Positions 11,986-25,091 are shown, counted from the stretch's first letter. The stretch is 64,000 nt of DNA from Hemiscyllium ocellatum (GCF_020745735.1 NC_083435.1:36233090-36297089); one strand, 5' to 3'. Made by a program: numbers and translations. Notes: generated by a model not told the origin, from the sequence alone.

Positions 11986-14072
11986 TCCCAGTTCCCAGAG
12001 AGAGAATGGAAAGCTGAATTCTGTACTCATCGGGAGAGACTCAGGGAAAACACAGGGCGGGAAAGGAAAGGATCAGCAACATTCTGGGAATACAGTGTCT
12101 CTATTCCAATCAGGGACTGGGAATTAAACACTCTGAGGGGAAACAGCTTCTGTTTACAAACTGGAAAAACCAGTAATACAACAATCTTTGGAGACTGCCC
12201 CCTATTTGGTGAGAAATTTGATCCATTGTTTGATGTGAAGCTGCAGAAGCAGAAAACTGGAACAAGTGCAAAGTGATGACCCGGTCCCAGTGACGGGGAA
12301 GCTCCAGCACAGCCAGGCTGAGGTTCAGGCTCTGAGCCAGGAAGGCTGCGGCTGAGAAGAGGCCTCCCCTCCCCCACCAGCTCAAGAGCATCAGGACAGC
12401 ACTAGGACCCTGGGATCCCCCTCTCACAGTAAACATATGGCTCAGTTCTTCCAACTGGGGGAGGTGACGGTACATCGGGATTGTCCCTGGGGCAGGAATC
12501 CAGCAACCCAAGTGGAACCTCCTCCTCCTACATTGAGTTGTTGAATGACCATGACTGGATGTGGTAGGACAGCAGATCTGATCTGTTGGTTGTGGAATCA
12601 CTGAGCTCTGTCTCTGCTGCTCCTGTTATTTACTGCACACCTCGGCCTGTTCTGTAGCTTCACCGATGATCACCATCATCTGCAAGTTCCCTCAAAGCCA
12701 CTCACCATCCTGACCATCCATTCCTTCACTGTCACTGGCTCCAAATCTTGGCATTCCCTCCCTCCCTAATGACATTGTGGGTCTGCCTCTGGCACATGGA
12801 ATGCTCCATGAGGTTCACTGGGGAGATGGGTTCTCCCATGACTGCAGGGAACCAGCTGAATCTCCATGCTGGATTCTCTGTACCAGCCTCTCACCATCAA
12901 CTCCCATACTGGATCCTCTGGAACTAAACATCCCACACCACTCTCTGTCATTAATCCACTCCATGAAGCCCCCACACCACACTCTTCGTTTCTCTCTCTG
13001 CACTCCCCTCCCTCCCCCAGGGTCGGAGTGTCTCCCCTGTGACTGTGCCCTGAATTAGACTCAGTACCAGGAAGAACACCAGGGTCCATGGGATTCCCAG
13101 CCAACCCAGGGTTAGCAGTGACTGATACTGACCTGTGACCCATGAATGGCCTTAACTCTCCCAGGTCACATTGAACTGACCCTCAACAACTGCTGATACG
13201 AGGACCCAGGGTACTGAAGGAGGTGTCTCGGGAAATCATGGATGCGTTGGTAATTATTTTCCAGAATTCGATAGATTCGGGATCGGTTCCTGAGGGTTGG
13301 AGAGTGGCTAATGTTATACCACTTTTTAAGAAAGGTGGGAGAGAGAAAGCAGGAAATTATAGACCAGTTAGTCTGACCTCAGTGGTAGGAAAGATGCTGG
13401 AGTCTATTATAAAGGATGGGATTACTGCACATCTGGATAGTAGTAACAGGATAGGACAGAGTCAGCATGGATTTATGAAGGGGAAATCGTGCTTGAATTT
13501 TCTTCTTGAATTTTTTGAGGATGTAACTCTGAAGATGGATGAGGAAGATCCAGTAGATGTAGTGTACCTGGACTTTCAGAAAACTTTTGAGAAAGTCCCA
13601 CATAGGAGGTTAGTGAGTAAACTTAGGACGCATGGTATTGGGGGGCAAAGTACTAGATTGGATTGAAAATTGGTTGGCTGATAGGAAACAAAGGGTAGTG
13701 ATAAACGGCTCCATTTTGGAATGGCAGGCAGTGACCAGTGGGGTACCACAGGGATCCATGCTGGGACCGCAGCTTTTTACAATATATGTTAATGATGTAG
13801 AAGATGGTATCAGCTATAACATTAGCAAATTTGCTGATGATACAAAGCTGGGTGGCAGGGTGAAATGTGATGAGGATGTTAGGAGACTACAGGGTGACCT
13901 GGACAAGTTAGGTGAGTGGGCAGATGCATGGCAGATGCAGTTTAATGTGGATAAATGTATGGTTATCCACTTTGGTGGCAAGAACAGGAAGGCAGATTAC
14001 TACCTCAATGGAATTAATTTAGATAAAGGGTCAGTACAGAGAGATCTGGGTGTTCTTGTACACCAGTCAATG

Positions 14073-14434
14073 AAACTCAGATTTCTCCAGTTTCCTCATT
14101 TCCCCTCCCCCCACCTTGTCTCAGTCGATTCCCTCGAACTCAGCACCGCCCTCCTAACCTGCAACTTCTTCCTGACCTCTCCGCCCCCACCCCACTCCGG
14201 CCTATTACCCTCACCTTGACCTCCTTCCACCTATCACATCTCCATCGCCCCTCTCCCAAGTCCCTCCTCCCTACCTTTTATCTTAGCCTGCTGGACACAC
14301 TTTCCTCATTCCTGATGAAGGGCTTATGCCCGAAACGTCGAATTTCCTGTTCCTTGGATGATGCCTGACCTGCTGCGCTTTAACCAGCAACACATTTTCA
14401 GCTCTGATCTCCAGCATCAGCCGACCTCACTTTT
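14073..14434 (+). mobile_element. Short non-coding PLE-tail element (family 1) with a 14-bp TSD
   Basis: TACACCAGTCAATG at 14059-14072 and 14435-14448. Body is homologous to the 3' end of the coding PLE at 22021-22400 (minus). Confidence 0.85.
14308..14343 (+). ncRNA. Minimal type I hammerhead ribozyme motif
   Basis: ATTC-CTGATGA-A-GGGC ttat GCCC-GAAAC-GTC-GAAT: stem I ATTC/GAAT, stem II GGGC/GCCC, palindromic ACGT stem III, GUC cleavage triplet. Confidence 0.8.
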
Positions 14435-15775
14435 TACACCAGTCAATGGAGGTAAGCATGCAGGTATAGCAGGTAGTGAAGAAGGCTAATAGCATGCTGG
14501 CCTTCATAACAAGAGGGATTGAGTATAGAAGCAAAGAGGTGCTTCTGCAGCTGTACAGGGCCCTGGTGAGACCACACCTGGAGTACTGTGTGCAGTTCTG
14601 GTCTCCAAATTTGAGGAAAGACATTCTGGCTATTGAGGGAGTGCAGCGTAGGTTCACAAGGTCAATTCCTGGAATGGAGGGATTACCTTACACTGAAAGA
14701 CTGATGTGACTGGGCTTGCATACCCTTGAGTTTAGAAGACTGAGAGGGGATATGATTGAGACATACAAGATTATGAAAGGATTGGACACTCTGGCAGCAG
14801 GAAACATGTTTCCGCTGATGGGTGAGTGCCGAACCAGAGGACACAGCTTAAAAATACGGGGTAGACCATTTAGGACAGAGATGAGGAGAAACTTCTTCAC
14901 CCAGAGAGTGGTGGCTGTGTGGAATGCTCTGCCGCAGAGGGCAGTGGAGGCCCAGTCTCTGGATTCATTTCAGAAAGAGTTGGATAGAGCTCTCAAAGAT
15001 AGTGGAATCAAGGGTTATGGAGATAAGGCAGGAAGCGGATACTGATTAGGAATGGTCCGCCATGATCATACTGAGTGGCGGTGCAGGCTCGAAGGGCTGA
15101 ATGGCCTACTCCTGCACCTATTGTCTATTGTCTATCGACCCACAAGCTGCTGAGTGAAAATCTCGTGAAATTATGAGCAATGAATTCAATCAACAACAAA
15201 CAATTATTTATTGATGACTAACCACAATTATCAATGTTAATGGTCAGTTTAATGATATAAATAGGAAAAGATTGTTTTCCCATTTGCTTATTTACTTCCT
15301 AAAAATTGTAAATAAAATTCCACATTGGATCTAATTTACACGACACAAAGTACAAAGTCAGTCACATCCTTTCAGTGCAGTCTGCGGCTCTCTGAGCTGC
15401 CTCACTACATTTATAATTGTTGGTTATATATCACAATATACACATCACGTTAATCAGACAGCTCACTCAAGGGGTTTTATAAGGTCATCAATCTCTTCCT
15501 GTCCTGTGGTGGGAGGGCTGCAGACAAAGACCTGGCCTCATTCAGCATCTATGGGACTCTCAGTCCTGATTGGTCTTGGATGTGGTTTCCTTCTGTATCT
15601 GGAAAGAGTTTCTGTGGAACACTGACTCCCACAATCTCTCAAAATCCCCATTCTGGGTCTCACATATTATTGGTGGATGGGGTTAGGCTCTGAAAGGGTT
15701 AATGCTGTGGAGTACATTAAGCACTGCCCAATATGATGATGTCACACGGACTTGGGAATCTCATGAAAGAAAAAG

Positions 15776-17099
15776 TTTTGTCCCAGTCAGTGAATTATCG
15801 GCGCAATACTTCCACCTGCTGGTGGTGTGTGGTACTGCGAACAATAAATTATCCCACTGGTGACGCTGATGGTACAGGTCTGCCACCTCCTGGCGACAAA
15901 CGGAACTGCGGCATTCATTCAGCGTCGATCACATCGAAGACAGGAGGAAATAGCAGTGGGACATGTAAAGGTGCATTTCAATGGCATGTTGATAGGAATC
16001 ACAGAAACATCGTCAAAACACATCACCCAAAAATAATGGTGTCAGCAATTTGGAAGTAAAATTGTTGAATTTGATGTTGAGTCTGGAAGGTTGTCTCTCA
16101 AGTTATTGTAATTATTCATCGGAAGAGTGTAGGTACAAAATAGATAAGTTGGAATGAGATTGAGTCAATTAAAACCATGTGACTGGAAGTTCAGGGTCAT
16201 GCCTGTAGAATAGGGAAGTTCTTTATCTGACAAATTGTATTTCGAGAAATAACTTCATAATCAACGATGGCAATGCAGTGGCTTGAAGGTGGAAGACGGA
16301 CAATAGCACCACCAACTGCCCAGAGCTGGTAATGCAGGAAAAGAAGAGATCCGTAGAGTACCGACATCGGCCACAAGGTGGTGGTGTTGCTCCATCAAGA
16401 ATACGATGTGGCCCGCTCCATTCGAAACGATGAAAGGACTCAACAACAAATTAAGTTTGTTCAAAATATCGTTTCTGTTGCATGACACTGAGATCATTTG
16501 CTGTAAATTCTGTGTCTTATGATCCTGTTCCACAGCTACCACAGAAGGAGCAGCGCTCTGAAAGCTAGTACTTCCTAATATACCTGTTGGACAAAACCTG
16601 ATGTTGTGTGATTTGTAACTTTGTTCATGAAGAATAGTTTCTGTAAACCCCCCAGCGCCACAGCCACCTGCAGCCGGGATGATAGTTATCACCAAAAAGT
16701 CAGAGAGAGACCCCACTGGGCCCTTGTCCTATTCTGTGCGATTCTATGATATTGTGAGAATTGTGATCACTCACAGATCCCCCAGGAACCTGGAAAACAC
16801 TCACCTTGGTGTTGGATGAAAGTTGCCTGAGTGATCACGTGTTTTGTAAGGAGGGGGAAATGAGACCTGTTCAATCACCACATGGTCTTTGTATGGTATC
16901 ATCTGCCTGGACTGCACACAAACCAACACTTTCCACTGTCAGCAAATTCCTGCAGATGCTGGGACCTGGACTGAAAACAACTAATCCAGGTCAGACAGCA
17001 CCCATGGAGAGAGAGCAAGGGAACGGTCTGAGTCTACACGAGGCAACTTAGATATATGTGACAATAATAAATCAAATCAAGCTTGCATCTCTCGCACAC
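15776..17099 (+). repeat. Inner arm of an inverted segmental duplication (partner 31535-33069)
   Basis: ORFs 16806-17051(+) and 31572-31817(-) differ at about 4 of 81 aa; ORFs 16261-16716(-) and 31907-32338(+) also match. This arm lacks about 200 bp present at 32690-32900 and ends at an N gap. Confidence 0.9.
16440..16625 (+). mobile_element. PLE 3' tail (family 2) with truncated hammerhead; mirrored at about 31990-32180
   Basis: gaaggagcagcgctctgaaagctagtac..cctgttggac..gttgtgtgattt. The CTGATGA core is missing. Confidence 0.65.
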
Positions 17100-17230
17100 N
17101 NNNNNNNNNNNNNNNNNNNNNNNNNNNNNNNNNNNNNNNNNNNNNNNNNNNNNNNNNNNNNNNNNNNNNNNNNNNNNNNNNNNNNNNNNNNNNNNNNNNN
17201 NNNNNNNNNNNNNNNNNNNNNNNNNNNNNN
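17100..17230. other. Assembly gap
   Basis: Run of N. Confidence 1.
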
Positions 17231-17239
17231 ATTCATAAA

Positions 17240-18012
17240 AATGCGAGGTGCTGCATTTTGGGAAAGCAAATCTTAGCAGAATTTATATACTGAATGGTAA
17301 AGTCCCAGGGAGTGTTGCTGAACAAAGAGACCTTGGAGTGCGGGTTCATAGCTCCTTGAAAGTGGAGTCGCAGGTAGATAGGATAGTGAAGAAGGTGGAT
17401 TGAGAGTATTGATTTTGGAGTTGGGAGGTCATGTTGTGGCTGTACAGGACATTGTTCAGACCACTTTTGGAATATTGCGTGCAATTCTGGTCTCCTTCCT
17501 ACTGGAAAGATGTTGTGAAACTTGAAAGAGTTCAGAAAAGATTTACAAGGATGTTGCCAGGGTTGGCGGATTTGAGCTATTGGGAGAGGCTGAACAGGCT
17601 GGGGATGTTTTCCCTGGAGCGTCTGAGGCTGAGGGGTGACCTTATAGAGGTTTACAAAATTATGAGGGGCATGGATAGGATAAATAGACAAAGTCTTTTC
17701 CCTGGGGTTGGGGAGCCCAGAATTAGAGGGCATAGGTTTAGGGTGAGAGAGGAAAGATATAAAAGAGCCCTATGGGGCAACTTTTTCACTCAGGGGGTGG
17801 TACATGTATGGAATGAGCTGCCAGAGGAAGTAGTGGAGGCTGGTACAATTGCAACATTTAAGAGGCATTTGGATGGGGATATGAATAGGAAGGGTTTGGA
17901 GGGATATGGGCCGGGTACCGGCAGATGGGACTAGATTGGATTGGGATATCTGGTCAGCATGGACAGGTTGGATCGAAGGGTCTGTTTCCATGCTGTATAT
18001 CTCTATGACTCC
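17240..18012 (+). mobile_element. CR1-type LINE 3' fragment
   Basis: ORF 17431-17934 (LYRTLFRPLLEYCVQFWSP..GNFFTQGVVHVWNELP); tail ctgtatatctctatgactc. Confidence 0.92.
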
Positions 18013-19319
18013 ACATAGAGAGTATATAAAAGGCAGATGAATTCCTGTCACCTCCAGAACAAGACAATCCCTGTTCCATGAGATTCCTTCCACAGTTATG
18101 AAGATGCTACTTGACAAACCCAGACATTAAACCCCCAGACAGTCTAACTGTCCATTCGCTGTTTGCTCAGACTGCAGCTGACAACACACATAGGATCCTC
18201 CCCAGGAATGTACCAGGAAGAAAATGACTGGATGTAAACAGGGAGCGTCTGGGTGATAGGAGTAAAAGTCCCATGACACAGTCAGAGACAGTTCAAATGG
18301 AGCCTGGATCTCTGAAGAGGATTTAATGGGATAGTTCCATAGTTGTTGTGTATTGTTTCAGCTTGGGGCCCCTGTAAACAAAGGTTTGTTATGAATAAAG
18401 AATATTTTTGCAATATGTCCCTTCTGCTGTGTGAGAAGCTCCAGCTGAGAGCACTGTTTACTCGGTGCTTTGTGCTGCACTGTGTGACTGGGGCTGTGTG
18501 TTGGATATTGAGTGTGTTTATTGGAAGCATTTCCCTCTGATTTCCAGGCTGAGTTTTGTTAATGGTTCATTCCTGAATATGAGAAGGTGAAATGTAATTA
18601 CCAGGAGGTGCAAAGTGTCTGGATTCTTATTTATTTCCTGTTGTTGAATTCTGAGCATGTATTGAAAACTGGTTATTATCTGGTGGACTGATAATTATCT
18701 CTGGGTAAAATTCCTGGAACTTCCTTTTTCCAATTTTGGTTCGTAACATCAGCTTCAACTTTCCAAAGCTGACACCAGACAGGGATTACAACAGTTTAAA
18801 CAGGTCAGTATCATCTTCTGAAAAGACACGAGGATTGAGCAGCAAATGCTGATCTCGTGAAGAATGGGCTCACCTTGTGAGGGTTTGAATGGCAAAGGAC
18901 TGAGGAATCAGCCCATTTATAAAAGAGGTCAGGGTATTGGAAGAAATTATCCTTCGTTTTCCTGACTTACAGAAGGATTGCAGTGTACCAGAGAATACAG
19001 AGAGGATAGACATCACAGTCAGATCCTGGGCATCACCCAAGGAACAATTATACAACTGTGGTCCTATCAAAGCAAGGCTGAACACAGAGAAAGTTGGGCA
19101 GTGAGATCATCATCTGGAAAGTGGGTGGGTCAGGGAACCTTTGACAGATCATCAGATCTGAAACTGGTCAGTGGTGTGGAGCCTTCCATCAGCACCAACC
19201 TTTCTGAGGATTTGGGTGTGGGTGATCAGTCAGGGTGAGGCTGGGAGGAAGTGTGAGTGGGATCTGAATGTGATGAGAGCTTCAATCATTCATCAAGCCT
19301 CTCCATGAACATCTGACTC

Positions 19320-21050
19320 ATTCCTACAGGGGAGAGGCTGTTCAGGTATGAGGTGTGGAAGTGATTAAACTCAGTTAGCACCAAGTGTTCATCTGTTGTG
19401 TATGTGTGTTCATACAAGAACTATTACATGGTAGAGAAGCCTTTCAACAGTGAGTGAACTTTTCCAATTACAGACACATTTGTGCTGCAGAATAATCATT
19501 CAGATTTGAGGTTTGTAACCAGGATTTTCAAAACCCATCAGGTCTTATGAGTAATCAACATGTTCATATCGGGAGAAAACCATTACATGTGATGTGTGTA
19601 ATAAATCATTCCCATCGTCATCAACCCTCCTAGTGCACCAATGTATTCACACAGGGGAGAGACCATTCATGTGCAAGAAATGTGATAAATCATTCTCCCA
19701 GTTATCAAACCTCCTTAGACACCAACATGTCTACACGGGAGAGAAACCATTCCAATGTGAGGACAACTCATTCTCTCAAGCAGGAAACTTCCACATACAC
19801 TGATGCAGTCACAGAGGAGAGAAGCTATTTCATTGTGTGGTGTGTGACAACTCATTCCTGGCTTCATTCAGACCCCTCCTCCATCAGAGGATTCACACGG
19901 GGCGGGGGGAGAACCCATTCAGGTGTGAGGGGTGAGACAAGTCATTCTCACAAGCACCAAACCTCTGTACACACCAATGTCTTCCTACAGGAGAGAAACC
20001 AACGTGAAGTGTGTGACCAATCATTTTTGCAGTCAGGATACCTTCATTTACACTGGCAAGTGCACACAGCAGAGAAATTATTTCAGTGTGAGGTGTGTGA
20101 TAAATCATTCCCTCTTCATCAAGATTTCTGCTCCACCCACAGACTCACACAGGGGAGAAACCACTCCGATGTGAAGTATGTAACAAATCGTTCTCATCAC
20201 CATCAAACCTCCGCACACACCAACGTCTCCACACTGGGGTGAAACCCTTCAGGTGTAAGGTGTGTGACAAATCATTCTCTCAGTCAGGAGACCTCCGCTT
20301 GCACTAACGTATTCACACGAGGAGAAGTAGTTTATGTGTGAGGTTTGTGACAAATCATTCTGTAACTTATCCCAACTCCTCTGACATCAGAGCATTCACA
20401 CGGGGGAGAGATCATTCAGCTGTGAGGTGTGAGTCAAGTCATTCCCAATATCATCAAGATCCTGCTCCACCAGGGGATCCATACAGAGGAGAAACCGTTT
20501 AGGGGTGAGGTGTGTGATAAATCATTCCCATGATCAGAATATCAACACATACACCAAAGTATTCCCACAGGAGAGAAATTGATTCAGTGTGAGGTTTGTG
20601 ACAAATCATTCCCCACTTCATCGAGACTCCCGCTCTGTCAGAGGATTTATTTGATGGAGAAGCAATTCATTTGCAAGTTGTCATTTTCTGGGTCATCAAA
20701 TCTACACAAGCATCAGCACACACAGGGGAGAACCCGGTCATGTGTGATGTGTGAATCAAATCATTCATGAATTTCTCAGCTCTGCACAGTCTTCAATGCA
20801 TCCACACAGGGAGGTTCGACTGAAATGTGAAAAGTGAAAGAAATCACTCTCCTGCTCCATAAAGGATCTACACTGGGATGTAACCCTTCAAATGTGAAGC
20901 TTTCATGATGTCTTCAACCATCTGGGAATCCAGAGAGTTCACACATGGGAGAAATTCTTCAGCTTTCTAACTGTGTGTTTGTATCGTCAGTGTGTCTCCT
21001 GTCCAGCAACACACACACACAGGGGAGAAACGCTTTTGGAGTGAGTTCAA
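19320..21050 (+). pseudogene. Decayed tandem C2H2 zinc-finger array (roughly 15 or more units)
   Basis: Repeated ~84-bp units with cacacaggggagaaaccattc (HTGEKPF) linkers. ORF 19594-19803 reads [44 protein letters not shown]. Many stops, frameshifts and lost C/H ligands. Confidence 0.88.
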
Positions 21051-22020
21051 TAATAAAACTCTCACATGGCTGTCAGATCTCCTGGAGCAGTGCATGTTCT
21101 GGATAAACCAAACCCTTCCAGTATTAGTTCACTGAAAACCAAGCCTCGTTATTCCATGGGTTCTCACAAGGGTGAGATGTGACCAGATGGTTAATACCTG
21201 CCTGTGATGACAATCGAAAAGGAGCAAACTGCATTAACTGTAACAAATGCACACCCCGCAGTGGGACACAAACATGTCATTAATTGCTAATATGCAAAAC
21301 ATTAACTAATCCCCAGTCAAAATCCAAACACACACTCACCTCTTTCATTCAAAGGCTGAACAAGACAAACAATAATTTCGGGAATATCGTGAATACACAA
21401 TAAGTTGGTAAAAAGGCACAAAGTCTATGGATCCCAATTCAATCCGAAAGATGAAATAAAGTGACGTTCTCATCGCTATGTTTGTTTTTTTGTTGTTGAT
21501 GTCATCATGTTGTTGCCAACTTTGGAACACCTCAGACAGTTGTCTCTCAGTTAGGTCTTGGTCTTAATTTCAATTTGAAGTTTTCATTCAAAGACTTTAC
21601 AAAGACTTTGAATGTTATTTATTTTCCAATTAAAAACAGGAAACAAATTGATGTCACTTGCTGACTGGCTTGAAGGTCTGAACTCATCTCCCTCCTCTCA
21701 GTTCAGTGACAAACTTCCCTCTTAATATTAATTAGAACTTTTTACTGGGTAATGTCACTTTGAATGAAAGGAGATTTGGTGCCAGTGTGTAACACTGCAG
21801 TCTGGAATCCAGTTTCCATCCAATGTAGCTGCTCATGGAACCGTAGTGTCTGCATGGTTCCTCTTCTCCTTCGAGGGGTGTAAAACCTCAGAATCCAAAT
21901 ATCACTGTTCTCAGGCTTTATTTCCAGATAAAATATATCTTACCAAATATAAAGAGAGCATTCACTTCATAACCACTTCAGTAAAACTCAAACCAAGATC
22001 GCCCAGTTTATGCGTGTTGG

Positions 22021-23585
22021 GAGTGTGGTGCTAGAAAAGCACAGCTGGTCAGGCAGCATCCGAGAAGCAGGAGAACTGATAGTTCAGGCACAAGCCCTTT
22101 ATCAGGAGGATAAAGGGGAGGGGGAGCTGAGAGAGAAATGGGAGGGAGGTGAGGCTGGGGGAAGTTAGTTGGGAAGGGGATAGGTCGATGAAGGTGGTGG
22201 GGAAAGGTGACAGGTCAGAGTGGAGGGTGGCTAGGAGGGAGCAGATACTTGGGAAGGACAATGGACAGGTGAAGATGGTGGTGCCAAGTTGGAGGTTTGG
22301 GACTGGGATAGGGTGGGAGAAGGGGAAGTGAGGAAATCCACTTTGATCCCAAGTGGTTGCAGGGTCCCAAGGTGGAAGATGAGGCATTCTTCCTCCAGGC
22401 ATCGGGTGGGTATTGAATTGAATCGAATTTATTGTCCCATGTACCGAGGCACAGTGAAAAGCTTTGTCTTGTGAGCAACACAGGCAGATCACAGAGTTAA
22501 GTAGCACAGGTAAGTAAGTAATAGGTAAACAGCAGCAAAAGCGAAAACACAGGGACAGGCGAACGTTAAGAGTTTGTCAGATCTGCATGTACCTGGTGGA
22601 GTGGGACGGCGGGTTGAAGTGTTCAGCCAATGAGACGGTGGGGACGGTTGGTGCGGGTGCCCCAGAGGTGTCTCTGAAACTATCTGCAAGTTGGCGCCTG
22701 TCTCCTTGATGTAGAGGAGACTACATCGGGTGCAATGGATCCAGCAGATGATGTGTGTGGAGGCACAGATACATTTCTGTCAGATGTGGGAGGCCTTGGA
22801 TGGAGGTGACAGGGGAAGGTGTGTGGGCGCAGGTTTTGAACTTCTTGCGGTGGCAGGGGAAGGTGCCGGGACTGGGATGTGGGCTGGTGAGGGGGGGGGG
22901 GGGGCATGGATCTGACAAGGGAGTTGTGAAGGGAATGGTCTCTCTGAAACACAGGTGGAGGTGGGAGGGAAATATATCCTTGGTGGTGAGGTCAGTTAGT
23001 AGTTGGCGGAAGTGGCGGAGGTTAATGCAATGTATCTGGAGGTTGGTGGGGTGGAAGGTGAGGACTGGGGGGTTCTGATCTTGTTGCGATTGGAAGGGCG
23101 TGATTCAAGGGCAGAGGTGCAGGAAGTGGAGGGGATGTGCTGGAGGGTATCGTCGACCACATGGAATGGGGGGGGGGGGGGTGTGGAATTACAATCTTTG
23201 AAGAAGGAGGCCATCTGGATTGTTTTATGGTGGGACTGGTCCTCCTGGGAGCAGATGCAGCGGAGGTGGAGGATTTGGGAATAAGGGATGGCCTTTTTAC
23301 AAGAGGCAGGTTGGGAGGAGGTGTAATCCAGGGAGCTGTGGGAGTCAGTGAGTTTGTAGTCTATATCTGTGGTTAGTCGAATGCTGGAGTTGGAGATGGA
23401 GAGGTCCAGGAAGGGGAGAGAGGTGTCTGAGATGGTCCAGGGGAATTTGAGGTCAGAGTGGAAGGTGTGAGTGAAGTTGATGAACTGTTCAACCCCCTCA
23501 AGGGAGCACGAGGCAGCACCGATACAGTCATCAATGTAGCGGAGGAAAGGGTGGGGAATGGTGCCGGTGTAACTGTGGATGACCG
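22021..23585 (-). mobile_element. Penelope-like element, 5'-truncated and frameshifted: RT C-terminus, GIY-YIG nuclease and family 1 tail
   Basis: Minus translations FLRYIDDCIGAASC (about 23510-23560), MASFFKD (23214) and IHCTRCSLLYIKETG (about 22700-22745). Degenerate hammerhead CTGATAA-AGGGCTTGTGCCT-GAAC at about 22075-22110. Confidence 0.85.
22412..22585 (-). mobile_element. Short 3' tail of another non-LTR element nested in the PLE
   Basis: Minus strand ends caataaattcgattcaattcaat (polyA signal plus pentamer tail) and interrupts the PLE sequence. Confidence 0.45.
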
Positions 23586-24006
23586 AGACGGTCCAGGTGA
23601 ATTTGAGGTGGGGGTGGAATGTGATTTGGTGAATGTGATGACCTTTTAACCTTTATAAGTTTATAAGTGACCTTGCTTTGAAAACTGCAGTTAAATTTCC
23701 AAATTTGGAGTCAACAACTTGAAACTTCCCTGTGGGCTGATACCCAACAATTGAAGAGTTGTAGGCTGTTTATTTTTTTTAAAGAAGCTGTGAAACGTTT
23801 TGTTGAAGTGTGATTTCTGAATCACTGGTTTGGATGTTTGAAAGCGGGTTTACTTGCAGCATACACAGATGCAGGTTCGTGGCTGCAATTTACAGGTCAG
23901 AGGGTTCTCCTTTGTCAGCTAAAGTTAAAGTGTTAATTTTATGAGTTAATATGGAATGAAGTAGCACTGGCCGCTTCATTATCTGCTGTTTTAGAATTGT
24001 ATACTT

Positions 24007-24320
24007 TTAGATTAGATTAGATTCCCTACAGTGTGGAAACAGGCCCTTCAGCCCAACAACTCCACACCGACCCTCCGAAGAGTAACCCACACAGACCCAT
24101 TTCCCTCTGACTAACGCACCTATCCTATGGGCAATTTAACGTGGCCAATTCACCTAACCGGCACATCTTTGAACTGTGGGAGGAAACCGGAGCACCCGGA
24201 GGAAACCCACGCAGACTCAGGGGGAGAATGTGCAAACTCCACACAGACAGTCGACTAAGGCTGGAATCAAACCTGGGACCCTGGTGCTGTGAGGCAGCAG
24301 TGCTAACCATTAGGCCACCT
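24007..24320 (-). mobile_element. tRNA-derived SINE (HE1-like)
   Basis: Same core as 5461-5790; tail (TCTAA)n seen as ttagattagattagatt. Confidence 0.9.
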
Positions 24321-25091
24321 TGAGGAGTGGAAGTCACGTGACCAATGCCGCCATCATTGGGTTTATGACCCGTGCAAATGTTAAGTGGAACATTATTAAT
24401 ACATCACCTTATTGGATGGATGGAACTTACCATTCAATTGTGTGAGGGATTTTATTTCCAACAGGTCCTTTGTAGTAGATGAGAGCACACTCGTCAGTCT
24501 TCCAGACCCATCAGGAGGTCCCTGGATGTCACTTTTTTGCCTGATGTTGACTTTGTGGAAGATTATTTATAATTCCAGTTAAATAATTATATCATCCTTT
24601 CTTTAATCACAGTCACTGCACATGGCTATACAAATAAGTATGACCAATTGTTTTTCACATCGTTCTTGTCACAACAACGCCATGTCGGTGAAACAGAACT
24701 TGGGTCATCTCCCAGGCAGTGAGGTTTGTATCTAGAGCATTAACACCAACTGGACAATGCAATGCCCAGATTGAGAAAGAGATCCTGGCTTGGAGTTCCT
24801 TCCATTCACTCGGCTGCTCACTAACTACTAAAAACAATCGCCAAAAGCAGAAAGGACAACCTGACAGTGGTAATCCCAAGCAGCAGGTCATCAGGAAAGA
24901 AATACTGATCATAAGACATGGGACTGCCCAGAAATACCTTTGCGAAAATTTTCCACTCTCCTCTCATTGATCTTTTTAAAAGTAACCTAGATATCCACTT
25001 TCCTCAAACCTGACCACAAAAATGATCAACCCTGAAGCAGGCAGAACAACAAGAGTTACTGTCTTCCTCTGACCATCTTATGTACAACAAT

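Larger units (their letters stand above)
13201..15136 (+). mobile_element. CR1-type (HER1-like) LINE, 5'-truncated, RT plus 3' end, interrupted at 14073-14434
   Basis: ORFs 13223-13666 (NYRPVSLTSVVGK, YLDFQKTF), 13632-14072 (SGVPQGSMLGP, KFADDTK), 14476-14709 and 14716-15045. Tail ctattgtctattgtctat. Confidence 0.95.
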
